A program made the position numbers and the translations under genes. A stretch of DNA of 64,000 nt from Paramoeba atlantica (taxonomy: Eukaryota; Protista; Discosea), in NCBI GenBank assembly GCA_977017575.1, contig CDRNVI010000041.1, forward strand, positions 62,001 through 126,000, read 5' to 3'. Below the pieces are notes generated by a model that saw only the letters and a program-made list of their open reading frames with translations, had not been told where the DNA came from and did not search any database. Positions 41,521 to 52,398 of the stretch are shown here, piece after piece (position 1 is the first letter of the stretch; each line of letters starts with the position of its first letter).

Positions 41521-42231
41521 ACAATAAATATATTTCTATTTCTAACATCAAAAAATTTCTACAACCAGAAAAATTGATAGAAAAAAATAGAAAATACCTA
41601 AATTTGCTTCAGTTTCACCCTTTTCTCTCACACGTTGAACTGGTTGAAGACCGTAAAGGTAGGCGAAACATGCGAAGCTCGTCTAGAAAAGTTCGAAAAA
41701 CATGAAAAATGATCAGAAATTGAACACTTTTAGCAGAAATGTGATATTTATGCTACAAACGACAATATTTAAATAAGAACTGTTTTGGGCTTTTATCAGC
41801 ACCACTTTAATTAAAGCAACTTCAATTAAGGCAATAATTAATTTTTAAAACTGTTCTGCCTTAATTACGTTTATCCTTAATAACCGTTTCACCGGTAATT
41901 ATTATTAAAAAAATATTAAAACAGCTTTGAATTGGATAGGTCTGTTTCGCACTGAATTTTATGGTCAATACTTCATGCCGCTGTACAACTGAACTGAAAA
42001 TACATCATGTTGCCTATAATCCTATTTATAACCGGTCGAACTGTATTACTTCGTCTAATTATGCGTATTTCCTTACTACGAACTAGGCTTTCAAAGATGT
42101 GCTGTAGTTCAACTATAGGTTTAGAAAAAAGTTTCGCGCAAATTAAGTGCGCAAATTAATTATCAAAAATAATTGCAATCGTATTTCTAGAACATTGTTT
42201 AAATTACACATTTTTTATGAATTTGCAATGA

Positions 42232-43197
42232 ATGAGGCTTCGGACAAGCTTGGTGTCTGTCTCCATTTTTTTACTTCTTCATTTGGGGTTTTCCGTATCC
42301 ATTGGAGTGCAATGTTATAGTTCTTCTCTATGTAGGTTCCATCACATTGGGTGTGCTCCAAACAGAACAGTTCTTAATAATGGATTCCCAAAAGCGGATT
42401 CCAGTCACAGTTCAAATGCATATATCATTGTAGACAATTCTCCTCAGACTGCGGACCTCACTGAACCAAATACAATCGCGAATTTTCGGCAACGACACGG
42501 CAGAGTCGGAGGACATCGAAAGGGAATCTTATTCAAGAACAATGAAACTTCTCCGAATTGTATATTGCTTCGTAATGCGGCAGACGATGTGCTACGTGAA
42601 TTGGTACTAATGCAAGATACAATTCAGAAGTATTCAACCTTTGTGGAAGTATTGGAGAGTTTTTCGTCTGAACGTATTCTTCTCTATGGCATAGATTTTG
42701 AAAACTTACTTCGATGGATGGTGAAATGGTTGATTCTATTTGAAGTTACGCGACTATTTCTTGATATGTGCATCTCGTGCAGCACCTCTAAGAGACAAAA
42801 TGCTTTGGCCCTATCTGCAAAAAAACCCTCTACACCAAAGTTTTGGTTCTATCTCTTCACACATTACTGCCACAAAATTCAGCAACGTGAGCGCAGGTTA
42901 GATTTTTGCCTGTACATTGCCCAGTTCGTTCCTTTTTGTTTTTACATCATAGCTCTGTACCTCGCGATAAACACTTTGCAAAAGCAGTATGTTACTCTGT
43001 CTATTTTTACTATGAGTACATCCATCTTTCTCGGAGATTCCTCATTGTTACCGAGTTTTCTTGTTTCGATATTTGGTACCACTCTTTGGCTGATTAAGGA
43101 TAGCATTGGCAAGTTCTTTTACTGGACTCCTCATAACGAATTCTTGGCCTGCGAGCTTATTAACCCCGTTGAACACAACGGGATTCACTGGAATTAG
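42232..43197 (+). CDS. hypothetical membrane protein with predicted signal peptide
   Basis: 321-aa ORF with a hydrophobic N-terminus and several C-terminal hydrophobic segments. Confidence 0.6.
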   Translation: MRLRTSLVSVSIFLLLHLGFSVSIGVQCYSSSLCRFHHIGCAPNRTVLNNGFPKADSSHSSNAYIIVDNSPQTADLTEPNTIANFRQRHGRVGGHRKGILFKNNETSPNCILLRNAADDVLRELVLMQDTIQKYSTFVEVLESFSSERILLYGIDFENLLRWMVKWLILFEVTRLFLDMCISCSTSKRQNALALSAKKPSTPKFWFYLFTHYCHKIQQRERRLDFCLYIAQFVPFCFYIIALYLAINTLQKQYVTLSIFTMSTSIFLGDSSLLPSFLVSIFGTTLWLIKDSIGKFFYWTPHNEFLACELINPVEHNGIHWN

Positions 43198-43440
43198 ATG
43201 AATTTGTTATTTATAGAATTCCGTGAATACCATGAAGGTCAGTGAAGTATCATGAAGGTCAGCCGATATGCATTTATTGATAAGTGGTGAGCTTAGCACA
43301 GAAATTATCTAATGCACAAATTTTTCAAATGTTTGATGGCCACGCTTTCGTAGTTTCGTGGCATATTCATACCACTAAATCATCTAATTGTTCATAGAAA
43401 CATATTTTAAGTTTGTTGTTTCACCCGACATGAATTGCAT

Positions 43441-43794
43441 ATGCTGAGATTATCTTCAGTCCTTTTAAAAGCGCGTGGATATAAAAATTTGCGATCCGGG
43501 CAGAACAATTGGCGAATCGTTAAACGTCGCAGAGAGCTGGAAAAACGTCGCATTGAGCAAGCCCAGAATCATGTTCCCCCAACAGAGCCGACTAGAGCTC
43601 AAGCTCGTGCGCTTTATCGTTCTTTGCTGCGATATGCTTCAAAATCCCTCCGTCACACATCATTAAACTTCTTTCGTTCAATGCTGCGCCACGAGTTTAG
43701 CGTTACGGCTTCAGCAACATCAGGCCGTGTGCGAGGTATCATGTACGAAAAAGGGTGCTGGTTATTGAGGAACAAACTAGGCGGACTTCTTTGA
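43441..43794 (+). CDS. LYR-motif mitoribosome large-subunit assembly factor, L0R8F8/AltMiD51-like
   Basis: ALYRSLLR..LRHT..FF...LRHEF..EKGCWLLRNKLGGLL parallels human AltMiD51 (SLYRALLR..LRYT..IRREF..EKGLVFLNGKLGRII, from memory); MLRLSS presequence-like start. Confidence 0.75.
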   Translation: MLRLSSVLLKARGYKNLRSGQNNWRIVKRRRELEKRRIEQAQNHVPPTEPTRAQARALYRSLLRYASKSLRHTSLNFFRSMLRHEFSVTASATSGRVRGIMYEKGCWLLRNKLGGLL

Positions 43795-44259
43795 GATACG
43801 TGTCCACCTCATTCCTGTCATTGAGTAATGCTACTTTTTCCATGTGAAGGGTAGTTATAAATTATTTCTTGCTTCACCAGGAAAAAGAGTAAAACAGAGT
43901 AGCACAGAATATACTGGCTATCTAGTATACCATGTTCTTCGAGATACTTCTGCAAGTTTCCGAATACCTTGTTTTCAAAATTCATTTTTTGAGTGACACG
44001 CAACCCAGGGATGACACGCACGTACATCAATGTATTCATTATGCTTTCAATTCGTACATGTTTTAACGTGCAACACAGTCGTTTAGCTGCCTTTTTACGG
44101 CTTTATGATATTCCCTAAAGTCCTTTTTGTATTAGTTGGTCTCTTAAGTTATGCACAACTCATTTTCTTACAGTGTTGATCACATCATTTAGTCGTACGG
44201 CGCTTCCAAATAATGGTGCCTAGCTAATGTGAGCTTATTCATCAGTTCGTAATTATTTC

Positions 44260-45375
44260 ATGCTTCTAGAGACACTTCTGGACAAGCTCTCTAGGTTTGA
44301 GAACCATTTTCCAAAGAGAAAAATGTTGTTGCATCTTCAATTCAATGACTCGGAAGTAAATGATACGAAGCATATTCAGTGGAAACTAATTAGTACAGCC
44401 CCTGATGTAGCAAACGCCACATTGAGTTCTTCGATTCTTGAACAAGGCTGCATTGGTAATGATGGGTTTTCCTTTACCTACGTAGAGCAATTCGTCGCAC
44501 TACTGCGAAGTTGGCTAATGAAAATGCTCATAGTAACATCTGAGAAGAGAGAAGTACGAGGTTCTGTATTTCGCAGTATTACTCAAATAGAACTAAGCTT
44601 GTTACGGAACCTTCGGAAAGCCATAAACTTTCGAATCAATGTTGAGACTACACTGTGTGGCGTTTTTGAGTATACATCAGAAGATTTCATTCCCGATCGC
44701 ATTCACACAATGTGCGACATTTCAAATTTCCGTTCCGACAACATTGATTGCTCTACAAACACCGAAAATGATGCAGGAAGAATAAGTGCAGGGCATAGCG
44801 TGACCTCAGATTATTCAAATCACTCTGGAGCGGCTTCACTTGAGAATCTAATCTACTATTCTTTGGCTTCTTTTCCCACTACAAGAAATGGTTCACTTTG
44901 TTTTATGCTCGATTGGGACGCTGTAAAACGGCATACTTTCCAGTCTCAAAACGCTCTCTCTGCGGTGTATGCCTCACCTTCTTTTACCCTCAATCAAATA
45001 CTTAAGCCAACTGGCTTTGTATTGGCAGATGGGGACGTCAACAAGACATACATTATTACTCTCAGCGATGGAACAGTTTTCGATGCTCAAGAACGTTCTA
45101 TGTCCTTTCCATGCTGGATAGCCTCGAACTTTGAGAGTCTCATGTACTTGCTTGAGCACGCTCAATTTCCCCCAGTGATATGCAAAAAAGATCACACGGA
45201 GACACATAAGGCTTTGCGCCTAATGTCAAAATACATTAGGAATCTTCTTTTCCGGACGGGCAAGGCATCATACTTTCTTGCGAATGCCACAGAGTTACTG
45301 AATACGAATGACCGTGACAAATATATCCAATGTGATGCAGCTATTTACTCTTTTTTATGTAGTTTGCTCTTTTGA
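44260..45375 (+). CDS. hypothetical protein
   Basis: 371-aa co-oriented ORF; no motif recognised. Confidence 0.65.
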   Translation: MLLETLLDKLSRFENHFPKRKMLLHLQFNDSEVNDTKHIQWKLISTAPDVANATLSSSILEQGCIGNDGFSFTYVEQFVALLRSWLMKMLIVTSEKREVRGSVFRSITQIELSLLRNLRKAINFRINVETTLCGVFEYTSEDFIPDRIHTMCDISNFRSDNIDCSTNTENDAGRISAGHSVTSDYSNHSGAASLENLIYYSLASFPTTRNGSLCFMLDWDAVKRHTFQSQNALSAVYASPSFTLNQILKPTGFVLADGDVNKTYIITLSDGTVFDAQERSMSFPCWIASNFESLMYLLEHAQFPPVICKKDHTETHKALRLMSKYIRNLLFRTGKASYFLANATELLNTNDRDKYIQCDAAIYSFLCSLLF

Positions 45376-45853
45376 TAACGTGGTATACCTTGCAACTTGC
45401 CAATTGAAGTCAGTCTCTGAGTCAAAAAATCCGACCAATAATTATATTGCAGTATTTGCTCAAAAGAATCATTTTACGTCCGCCCCGGACGTATTGTCTT
45501 GTTTCAGTCATATTCCAACACACACTGGCCTTGCTACGAACACGTCCACGAAAGCTCGGAAGGAGTCGTTGTAGGATTGATAAAAAACTGGTAGTACAAG
45601 TGAAGTGGATTGGAGCAATTGACTTCCATTCTTTTGAAAATAACACCAGTAATTAAAATCTCTCGTGCAAAAACTATGCTGGGTATACCAGCTACGAGTT
45701 TGAAGTCTTTAGAAAATAAATGCAATACATCTGATACGCATCTTATATACAGGCCCTTTTGTATACGCTCTAACTCAAGCATGCACCTCGAACATTACAA
45801 AAATGTATGTACATTATACATTTGGCTTATTACTATAATCTAATGCGCAATAC

Positions 45854-47344
45854 ATGAGCCGTGCACTTGTTTCACTTATTTCCAATACGCCAACCTGTTC
45901 TATTTTAGTTACACTTTCGTCTGAATACCACGCGAGACCTACTGAAGAAGAGCTTGGTCGACATTTTGGACTGTACACTAAAAGACTGTTTTTACCTTCC
46001 CGCGATGATGCTATGTTCAGTATTCTTTTTGACTTTTCATCGCAAGAAGAAGCCATATGCAGCGTCGACAAATGCAGAGAGTCAATCAGCGTTTCTTCTG
46101 TTGACTTGATTGAAACTGCTTTCGTAAATATGCGCGTAATACAATTTTTAGCTGAAGGCGGGGCAGAGTTACTTCTCAAAGAGAAAGTACAGGTTCCATC
46201 AAGCTGGGCTAATGTTGGTAAAAGTGACGAATTCAGAAATCCTGAGCGGATTGAAATGAGGTGCGTGAAGTTTGGTGAACAAAAGTGCGAATCGGAGCAA
46301 ACGTCTTGCTATCGCGAGAATTCCTCGGAACAAAGCGGGCAATCTACTAATAATTCCCCAGCAACTCAAAGTACGGCAGAGGTAGGCTGCTCAAATTCCG
46401 ATGCTACAAACATTGACGCTCCCAGATTCAAAAGGCCAAAGAAGCTTTCAAAACATTTACTCTTGGAGAGTATGCCGATCTTATCTCTGGAAATGCGCCC
46501 TAAAACACCTACAGTTCGACCTATCGGAACTGGTATGCCCTACCTTATTGTTTTTTACGTACCTCTCAAGCTCAGTCTTGATCGATTATTTCGATTTTTT
46601 TCACTCTACGGCGATATTCTCACAATTAGACGGGTTACATCTCCTCTCGACCTTGCCTTGTCAGCTTTCAAGGGAAATATTGGCTCATCACGGGGTGAGG
46701 TGTCGCCCGTCTTGCTGAGGTATGTGACGGCGGACCAAGCGTGTTGCGCAGCAAATATGCTTCGCAGCTTTCCTGCTTCTCTTTCTCATCTGGGCATACG
46801 CTCCCTCTCTTGCATACAGGCACCTTCGAGGTTTCTGGACCGTTTTCGAACTGTAGCTGAAAGCTCAAGGAATGGTTTAGAGCGTTCCGCATCAGTAGCG
46901 TCCGAGGTGTATTCCATTGAAAGCGATCCGCGAGATACTGAGTGTCTTTCGCACGACTATTCAGTATCACATATCGATCACCGCTATGAGATGTCACCGC
47001 TTCACCCGCGGTTGGAGGCGCATCGCTGCCCTCCCACACGTTTCCTCTATGCTCTGAACCTTGCACCCGAGACCACAGCAAGCGACTTGAAAGAATGTAT
47101 TGAATTATCGGAATCGATGAATCAAGCGCTTAAGGTTCATTCTATTCGTATGCTAGAGTTCGAATCACAACAAACTCTTGAATCGTGCTCTATCGAATCG
47201 GAACGTGCGGCGGAACTTGAGTTCGAGGAAATATCGTCTGCCGTTGATGCCCTTAGCACGATTCATGACTTTGTTCTTAATTCACAGCCCTTAAAAATTG
47301 TCTTTTCTGCGCCCACTATACAACCAGCATGGCATCTGAGATAA
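45854..47344 (+). CDS. RRM RNA-binding protein, PTB/hnRNP L-like
   Basis: LSLDRLFRFFSLYGDILTIRR and PTRFLYALNLAPETTASDLKE resemble PTB-type RRM3 and RRM4. Confidence 0.6.
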   Translation: MSRALVSLISNTPTCSILVTLSSEYHARPTEEELGRHFGLYTKRLFLPSRDDAMFSILFDFSSQEEAICSVDKCRESISVSSVDLIETAFVNMRVIQFLAEGGAELLLKEKVQVPSSWANVGKSDEFRNPERIEMRCVKFGEQKCESEQTSCYRENSSEQSGQSTNNSPATQSTAEVGCSNSDATNIDAPRFKRPKKLSKHLLLESMPILSLEMRPKTPTVRPIGTGMPYLIVFYVPLKLSLDRLFRFFSLYGDILTIRRVTSPLDLALSAFKGNIGSSRGEVSPVLLRYVTADQACCAANMLRSFPASLSHLGIRSLSCIQAPSRFLDRFRTVAESSRNGLERSASVASEVYSIESDPRDTECLSHDYSVSHIDHRYEMSPLHPRLEAHRCPPTRFLYALNLAPETTASDLKECIELSESMNQALKVHSIRMLEFESQQTLESCSIESERAAELEFEEISSAVDALSTIHDFVLNSQPLKIVFSAPTIQPAWHLR

Positions 47345-47664
47345 TGAATCTTCCTGGGGGAGTTCATATTGAATGTGAACATATTGAACATAAAGGAATA
47401 CAATGTACGACATATTTCATTACTGTGGCACAGCCTTCTTTTCTCTATATTAGAAACCTATGCCTTTATATTAGAAGCCATACATGACCTCTTTGTATGC
47501 CTTAATTTTCCCAAAAGGGGGGAGTATTATGATCCAGTATTATTGTACTTGTGGTCACGTAATATTCCAAATATCCCAATATAGAATATTCTCTAAATAT
47601 TCCAAACATAGAATGGACAGGCAGTAACATTTATTTCACATAGACCTCTATCAAACATTGCCCC

Positions 47665-49677
47665 ATGCGAACTCCCATTCGAGGTCCAGAAGAAACAAAA
47701 ACGTATGCCCCTGTAACCCCAAAAAGTCATCTGCGTAATTCGGAGGAGAGAAAGGCGTTGTATGAACGGTCCATTCGGAATAAGGCCGAATTCTGGGATG
47801 AAATGGCGCAGGGTTTCTTTTGGCAAACTCCCTACGACAAAGACAACATTTTCACCTATAACTATGACTACCGCCGGGGCAAAGTTCAGCAGCAATGGTT
47901 TCCCAAGGGAATGACAAATATGTGTTACAACTGTTTAGATCGTCACATTGAAGGTGGCAATGGGGCACGCGTCGCGTTTTTCTGGGAAGGTAACGAGGAG
48001 ACGGAGGCGGAGGTCTGGACCTACGCCCAACTCCACGAGGCGGTCCTCCAAATGACCCGGGCGCTCCGTTCGCACTACCAAGTCTCCCCCGGGGAGGTCG
48101 TCTCGGCCTATCTCCCCATGACCCCCATGGCGCCGGTTCTGATGCTCGCCTGTGCGCGCCTCGGGGCCGTCTGTAACGTCATCTTCGCCGGGTTCAGTGC
48201 CCACGCCGTCGCGGGTCGTCTCCTCGACTCCCGCAGCCGTCTTATCGTCACCGCGGACCGCACCCACCGCGGGACGAAACCCATTCATCTCAAACCCATC
48301 ATCGATGCGGCCGTGGCGGAGTGTGAGGCCTCGAATTGGTTTGTCCACACGTTGGTCCTCTCCCGCGCCCCCGCTGCGGCCCGGGGGGCTGTCCCGATGA
48401 CCGCTGGACGGGATCGCTGGTACGATCGGCTTCCCCACCGGGGGGAGGGGACAGCTGACATCCACTGGGTGGGGTCGGAGCACCCGCTGTTCATGCTCTA
48501 CACCTCCGGGAGTACCGGCCAGCCGAAGGGGGTTGTCCACACCACCGGGGGGTACATGGTCTATGCCGGGACCACGTTTCGGTTCATCTTTGATGTCAAG
48601 CGGGAGGGATCCGATGTGTATTTCTGTACCGGGGATGTGGGGTGGATCACGGGCCACACCTACGGGGTGTTTGGACCGCTGCTGTGCGGGGCCACGAGTG
48701 TGATGCTGGAGGGGATGCCGTTGTATCCGGACCCCGGGCGGTGGTGGCGGGTGGTGGATCGGTACGCGGTGAGTATTCTGTACACCGCACCCACCGCGAT
48801 ACGGGCGTTAATGAGGGAAGGGGATGGGTTTCTGGAGAAAACACATCGGAGGTCGCTGCGGTTGCTGGGGTCCGTGGGGGAGCCGATTAATGTGGCCGCC
48901 TGGGAGTGGTTTTATCACAAGGTGGGGAACGGACGGTGTGACTTGGTGGATACGTGGTGGCAGACAGAGACGGGGGGGATTATGATTACGCCATTGCCTG
49001 GGTGTACCGAACTGAAGCCCGGGTCCGCCTCGTTGCCGTTCTTTGGAATTGAGCCTGTGGTTCTGAACGCGGCCGGGGAGGAACTCCAGGGCCCCGGTGA
49101 GGGGTATCTTGCGATACGCGCACCGTGGCCGGGCCAAGGACGCACGATTCACCGTGACCACGAGAGGTACACGGAGCTCTATTTCCAGCCGTTCCCGGGG
49201 TATTATTTCACTGGGGACGGCTGCCGTCGTGATGATTCCGGCTACTACTGGGTGACGGGACGTGTGGACGACGTTTTGAATGTGAGTGGTCACCGTATTG
49301 GGTCCGGGGAAGTGGAGAATGCCATTAACCACCATGACGGGGTTGTGGAGAGTGCGGTGGTGTCCGTTCCCCACCCAATCAAGGGGGAGGGGATCTATGC
49401 CTTTGTGACGTTTGTCCCCGGGATTGAGGTCACGTCCGGGGCTGTGCACGCGGTGAGGCAAACAGTGCGGGATAAGATTGGCCCGATTGCGACACCCGAT
49501 GCAATTCAACCGGCTCCGGGGCTTCCAAAAACACGCTCCGGTAAGATAATGCGACGTGTACTGCGATGTATCGCACAGGGACAGGAGGACAACTTTGGGG
49601 ATGTTACCACCTTGGCTGATCCGAGTGTTATTCCCTGCCTCGTGTCATTACACCGGGAGTGGGTGTCGGAAAAGTAA
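47665..49677 (+). CDS. ACS: acetyl-CoA synthetase (AMP-forming)
   Basis: LYTSGSTGQPKG, GDVGWITGHTY, SVGEPIN, DTWWQTETGG, GRVDDVLNVSGHRIG, LPKTRSGKIMRR. Confidence 0.98.
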   Translation: MRTPIRGPEETKTYAPVTPKSHLRNSEERKALYERSIRNKAEFWDEMAQGFFWQTPYDKDNIFTYNYDYRRGKVQQQWFPKGMTNMCYNCLDRHIEGGNGARVAFFWEGNEETEAEVWTYAQLHEAVLQMTRALRSHYQVSPGEVVSAYLPMTPMAPVLMLACARLGAVCNVIFAGFSAHAVAGRLLDSRSRLIVTADRTHRGTKPIHLKPIIDAAVAECEASNWFVHTLVLSRAPAAARGAVPMTAGRDRWYDRLPHRGEGTADIHWVGSEHPLFMLYTSGSTGQPKGVVHTTGGYMVYAGTTFRFIFDVKREGSDVYFCTGDVGWITGHTYGVFGPLLCGATSVMLEGMPLYPDPGRWWRVVDRYAVSILYTAPTAIRALMREGDGFLEKTHRRSLRLLGSVGEPINVAAWEWFYHKVGNGRCDLVDTWWQTETGGIMITPLPGCTELKPGSASLPFFGIEPVVLNAAGEELQGPGEGYLAIRAPWPGQGRTIHRDHERYTELYFQPFPGYYFTGDGCRRDDSGYYWVTGRVDDVLNVSGHRIGSGEVENAINHHDGVVESAVVSVPHPIKGEGIYAFVTFVPGIEVTSGAVHAVRQTVRDKIGPIATPDAIQPAPGLPKTRSGKIMRRVLRCIAQGQEDNFGDVTTLADPSVIPCLVSLHREWVSEK

Positions 49678-49809
49678 TTGAGGAGAACATCACATGTAGT
49701 AACTCCTGGAGACGATTCATTGACCACAAAAACCGGGTGAGACAATAAAGAAGGCTATTGTTTCGTGTTGTTATACATCCGCTATTTACATGTACGTCTT
49801 ATTTGCGTA

Positions 49810-50136
49810 CTGTGAACCCCCCCCTTTATACTTCGCTGGTCAGGGCCCCCCTTTATACTTCGTTTTTCGTTTGCCCCCTCCGAAAGGGGGGCGATTGCTT
49901 TGAAAAAAAAATGTAATTTTTCTAAGAATTTTAGAAAAAAACAAGACCGTTCTAAGTCTTCCCTTCTAGAAATGGAAGGTGATATAGAAGGAAAGACTGG
50001 AAAACAGGATGAGCCGCGCCGCGAAGTGGCGCGGCCTTTTTTTACACTTTTTTTTACAGCGGGGAAAAAATTCAGACCCCCCCCTTTATACTTCGTTACT
50101 GCTCAAAATGGGCGAAGTATAAAGGGGGGGTCACAG
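49810..50136. mobile_element. 327-bp MITE with TA target-site duplication
   Basis: TA|CTGTGAACCCCCCCTTTATACTTCGC ... GCGAAGTATAAAGGGGGGGTCACAG|TA; the core CCCCCCCTTTATACTTCG occurs four times; no coding capacity. Confidence 0.88.
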
Positions 50137-50456
50137 TATGTCTATTTACATGTATATCTTGACTCGTTGCGAAGTCAGGCACCTGCATATTTCTCTGTTT
50201 GGAGAAGCACATACCCTTGAGCGGAAGATTTTGAGTAGCATTGGATAACGATAGGGAAAATTATTTCTATTTCTCCAGGAGATTTCTAATCAGTGGTTAT
50301 AAGGTGTGGGGTATTGTATGGTCACCATACCTACTACGCCATGCTACTACACCATACTGTGGTGTAGTATGTGTATGAAACACGGTCTGTCGCATAAATA
50401 TGTCGCATTGTAATTCTTATTCTTATTGTCATCTTTTCGTAATCCATACTACGACT

Positions 50457-50720
50457 ATGGCGTCTTTCTTTAACGGAGTGATCGAACACATAACAACTCA
50501 AGGTTCAACACAGCATGCCAAATCGGGAGTGCGAGTTCTCTTAAATCTCACTACATATGCCCTTTTCATTTTTTGGTTCGTGACCAGTGTCATTACGTGG
50601 AAAGTACATGAGTTACGGTGGCCTATGGCAGGTTTCGGAGCGCTTTTGCTATGTTTTATTTACACGTCCCGTTTCTTTCTCCGCCATCTAGATGAAGAAC
50701 AGACTACGAAGGAAGATTAA
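50457..50720 (+). CDS. small two-TM ER protein, Pkr1-like V-ATPase assembly factor
   Basis: MASFFNGVIEHITTQG start, two TM helices and an acidic tail resemble Pkr1. Confidence 0.5.
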   Translation: MASFFNGVIEHITTQGSTQHAKSGVRVLLNLTTYALFIFWFVTSVITWKVHELRWPMAGFGALLLCFIYTSRFFLRHLDEEQTTKED

Positions 50721-50968
50721 TGCGGATATTCTTGATTGTCCGTTATCGACACTTATTAGGACTAGGTTTCATCACTGTTTACAGATAGGGGGTACTTTCG
50801 CACAACGCCGTACTCAAAGAAATGTAATAAATGTGTTACATCACTCGTCACAAAGAGATTGAGAGTCAAGTACAATGTTATTGAGTTTTTCATTACGTCC
50901 GAGAAAACAATTTTATAGTCTTATTAGCTTTTCTTAAAAGAATCTCTGAACTTTTTGGACGTTTCATC

Positions 50969-51547
50969 ATGTTCAGCTTGCGCTATGGATTATTTTGCGT
51001 GATGTCGGTGCTTACCCAAGAGAAAGTTGAATCCGAGGCGAACTTACAAGCTGCTCATCCGCACGCACTTCGAGGCATTGTTACTGGGCTTTCTAGAAGT
51101 GAATTGAAAGAAACCAAACTTGACATCTTCCCTACCAATGAAATTGTCCTACCAAGAGAGGACGGTTCATTTATCTTGTGGAATTTGTTAGAAGGGTACT
51201 CGTATCGAGTGTTCATCAGTACACCAACACATCGATTTTCCATCTATCGCGTAGAAGTGGCGCCTTCGGGAATTCGAATTGTCGTAAACAATGGCACGTA
51301 TAGTACATTTTACGAGTCGCGTGGCGACAGTACAACTCTGCATAACATTCTTGTACCATTTCAGCCCGAAAGTCGCATCAGCTATGCGAACGAAACCCCT
51401 CTGTGGGATCCCTTAAGTTTCTTACGACAGCCTCTTGTTCTTTTGATGCTTGTGTCCTTGGGGATTACGTATATTATTCCTAAATTAGTTTCCGAAGAGG
51501 AAATGAAGGCTTCTTTAGATGAGATCAGGCAGAGAGCACAGGGATAA
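50969..51547 (+). CDS. EMC7: ER membrane protein complex subunit 7
   Basis: EDGSFILWNL, FSIYRVEV, DPLSFLRQPLVLLML..PKLV..EEMK. Confidence 0.82.
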   Translation: MFSLRYGLFCVMSVLTQEKVESEANLQAAHPHALRGIVTGLSRSELKETKLDIFPTNEIVLPREDGSFILWNLLEGYSYRVFISTPTHRFSIYRVEVAPSGIRIVVNNGTYSTFYESRGDSTTLHNILVPFQPESRISYANETPLWDPLSFLRQPLVLLMLVSLGITYIIPKLVSEEEMKASLDEIRQRAQG

Positions 51548-52158
51548 TGGGCCACGTTTAAGTGTACATTCATGCCCGTGACGCTGAATCGCTTTGACGT
51601 TGGTTCAAACAGCTTAAGAGGAGAGTTAATTTTTACCTAGCTCCCCGACTCATTAGAAGGCATGAGCATCAAGAATCATTTCTCCGATGAAGTTGACTCA
51701 GGCGAACCGGGCGGGCTGTACTCTTTAAATCTTACTGGGTCTTTCATAGAATCCCAACTTGAGTGGTGTGTATCGTCCATCGCGTATGACTCAGAAAATG
51801 CGGCAAAAAGAGAAATCCTTTCTTATTACTGTCTACAAGATTAACCTTCATTTACCTAAGGAAGATAAATTTATTACCTTTATTTACCTTCATAGTAAAA
51901 AATATGCAATTGTAGTATTACAAGGTATTATTACAGGTAGTTGTGTACATTCTTGTCTCTGGTTTCTTGTGCTTCTTGTTTGTTACTCTAACCTAGGTGT
52001 ACTCACCTAGCAGACTTTGCGGTGAAAGTGAAGCATTATTGCGCCAAAATTATATTTTTATATATTTTTCAAATATTGGTTTAAAACGAGTATGTTTTCT
52101 TTTAGAGTGTGTCAGATTATTAAAAATACAAACTTTTTTCACGGTTTATCACTATGAA

Positions 52159-52398
52159 CTGCGCACAACAACACAATTAATTAAGTTATGTGCTGGAAGC
52201 CGAACCGTAACCTGCACTGATTGCTGGCGAACGAGTCGCTCGCTGGGAAACGGCTTGCGGCATGAGACAGTTAATCATCAACGATCTTTGGTACACTCCA
52301 ACACTGTTGAACGCATGAATGAGATGCTCAAGAGGGCAGTACGATCCCATGGAAATGGGACCCTTGTGTGCTTTGATGAAGAAAGAAAGAAACACTAA
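52159..52398 (+). pseudogene. Merlin/IS1595 (ISXO2-like) DDE transposase remnant
   Basis: TDCWRTSRSL..LRHETVNHQRSLVHSNTVERMNEMLKR matches the TDxW..Y..L..H.tVNH..HTN.IE..LK signature; no N-terminus. Confidence 0.75.

Noticed and set aside
42232-43197. MscS channel assignment for the membrane protein
   Set aside because: Only a vague TM-region resemblance; the MscS beta-domain is absent
47935-49509. 240-aa and 233-aa minus-strand ORFs over ACS
   Set aside because: GC-rich antisense shadows with no domain signal
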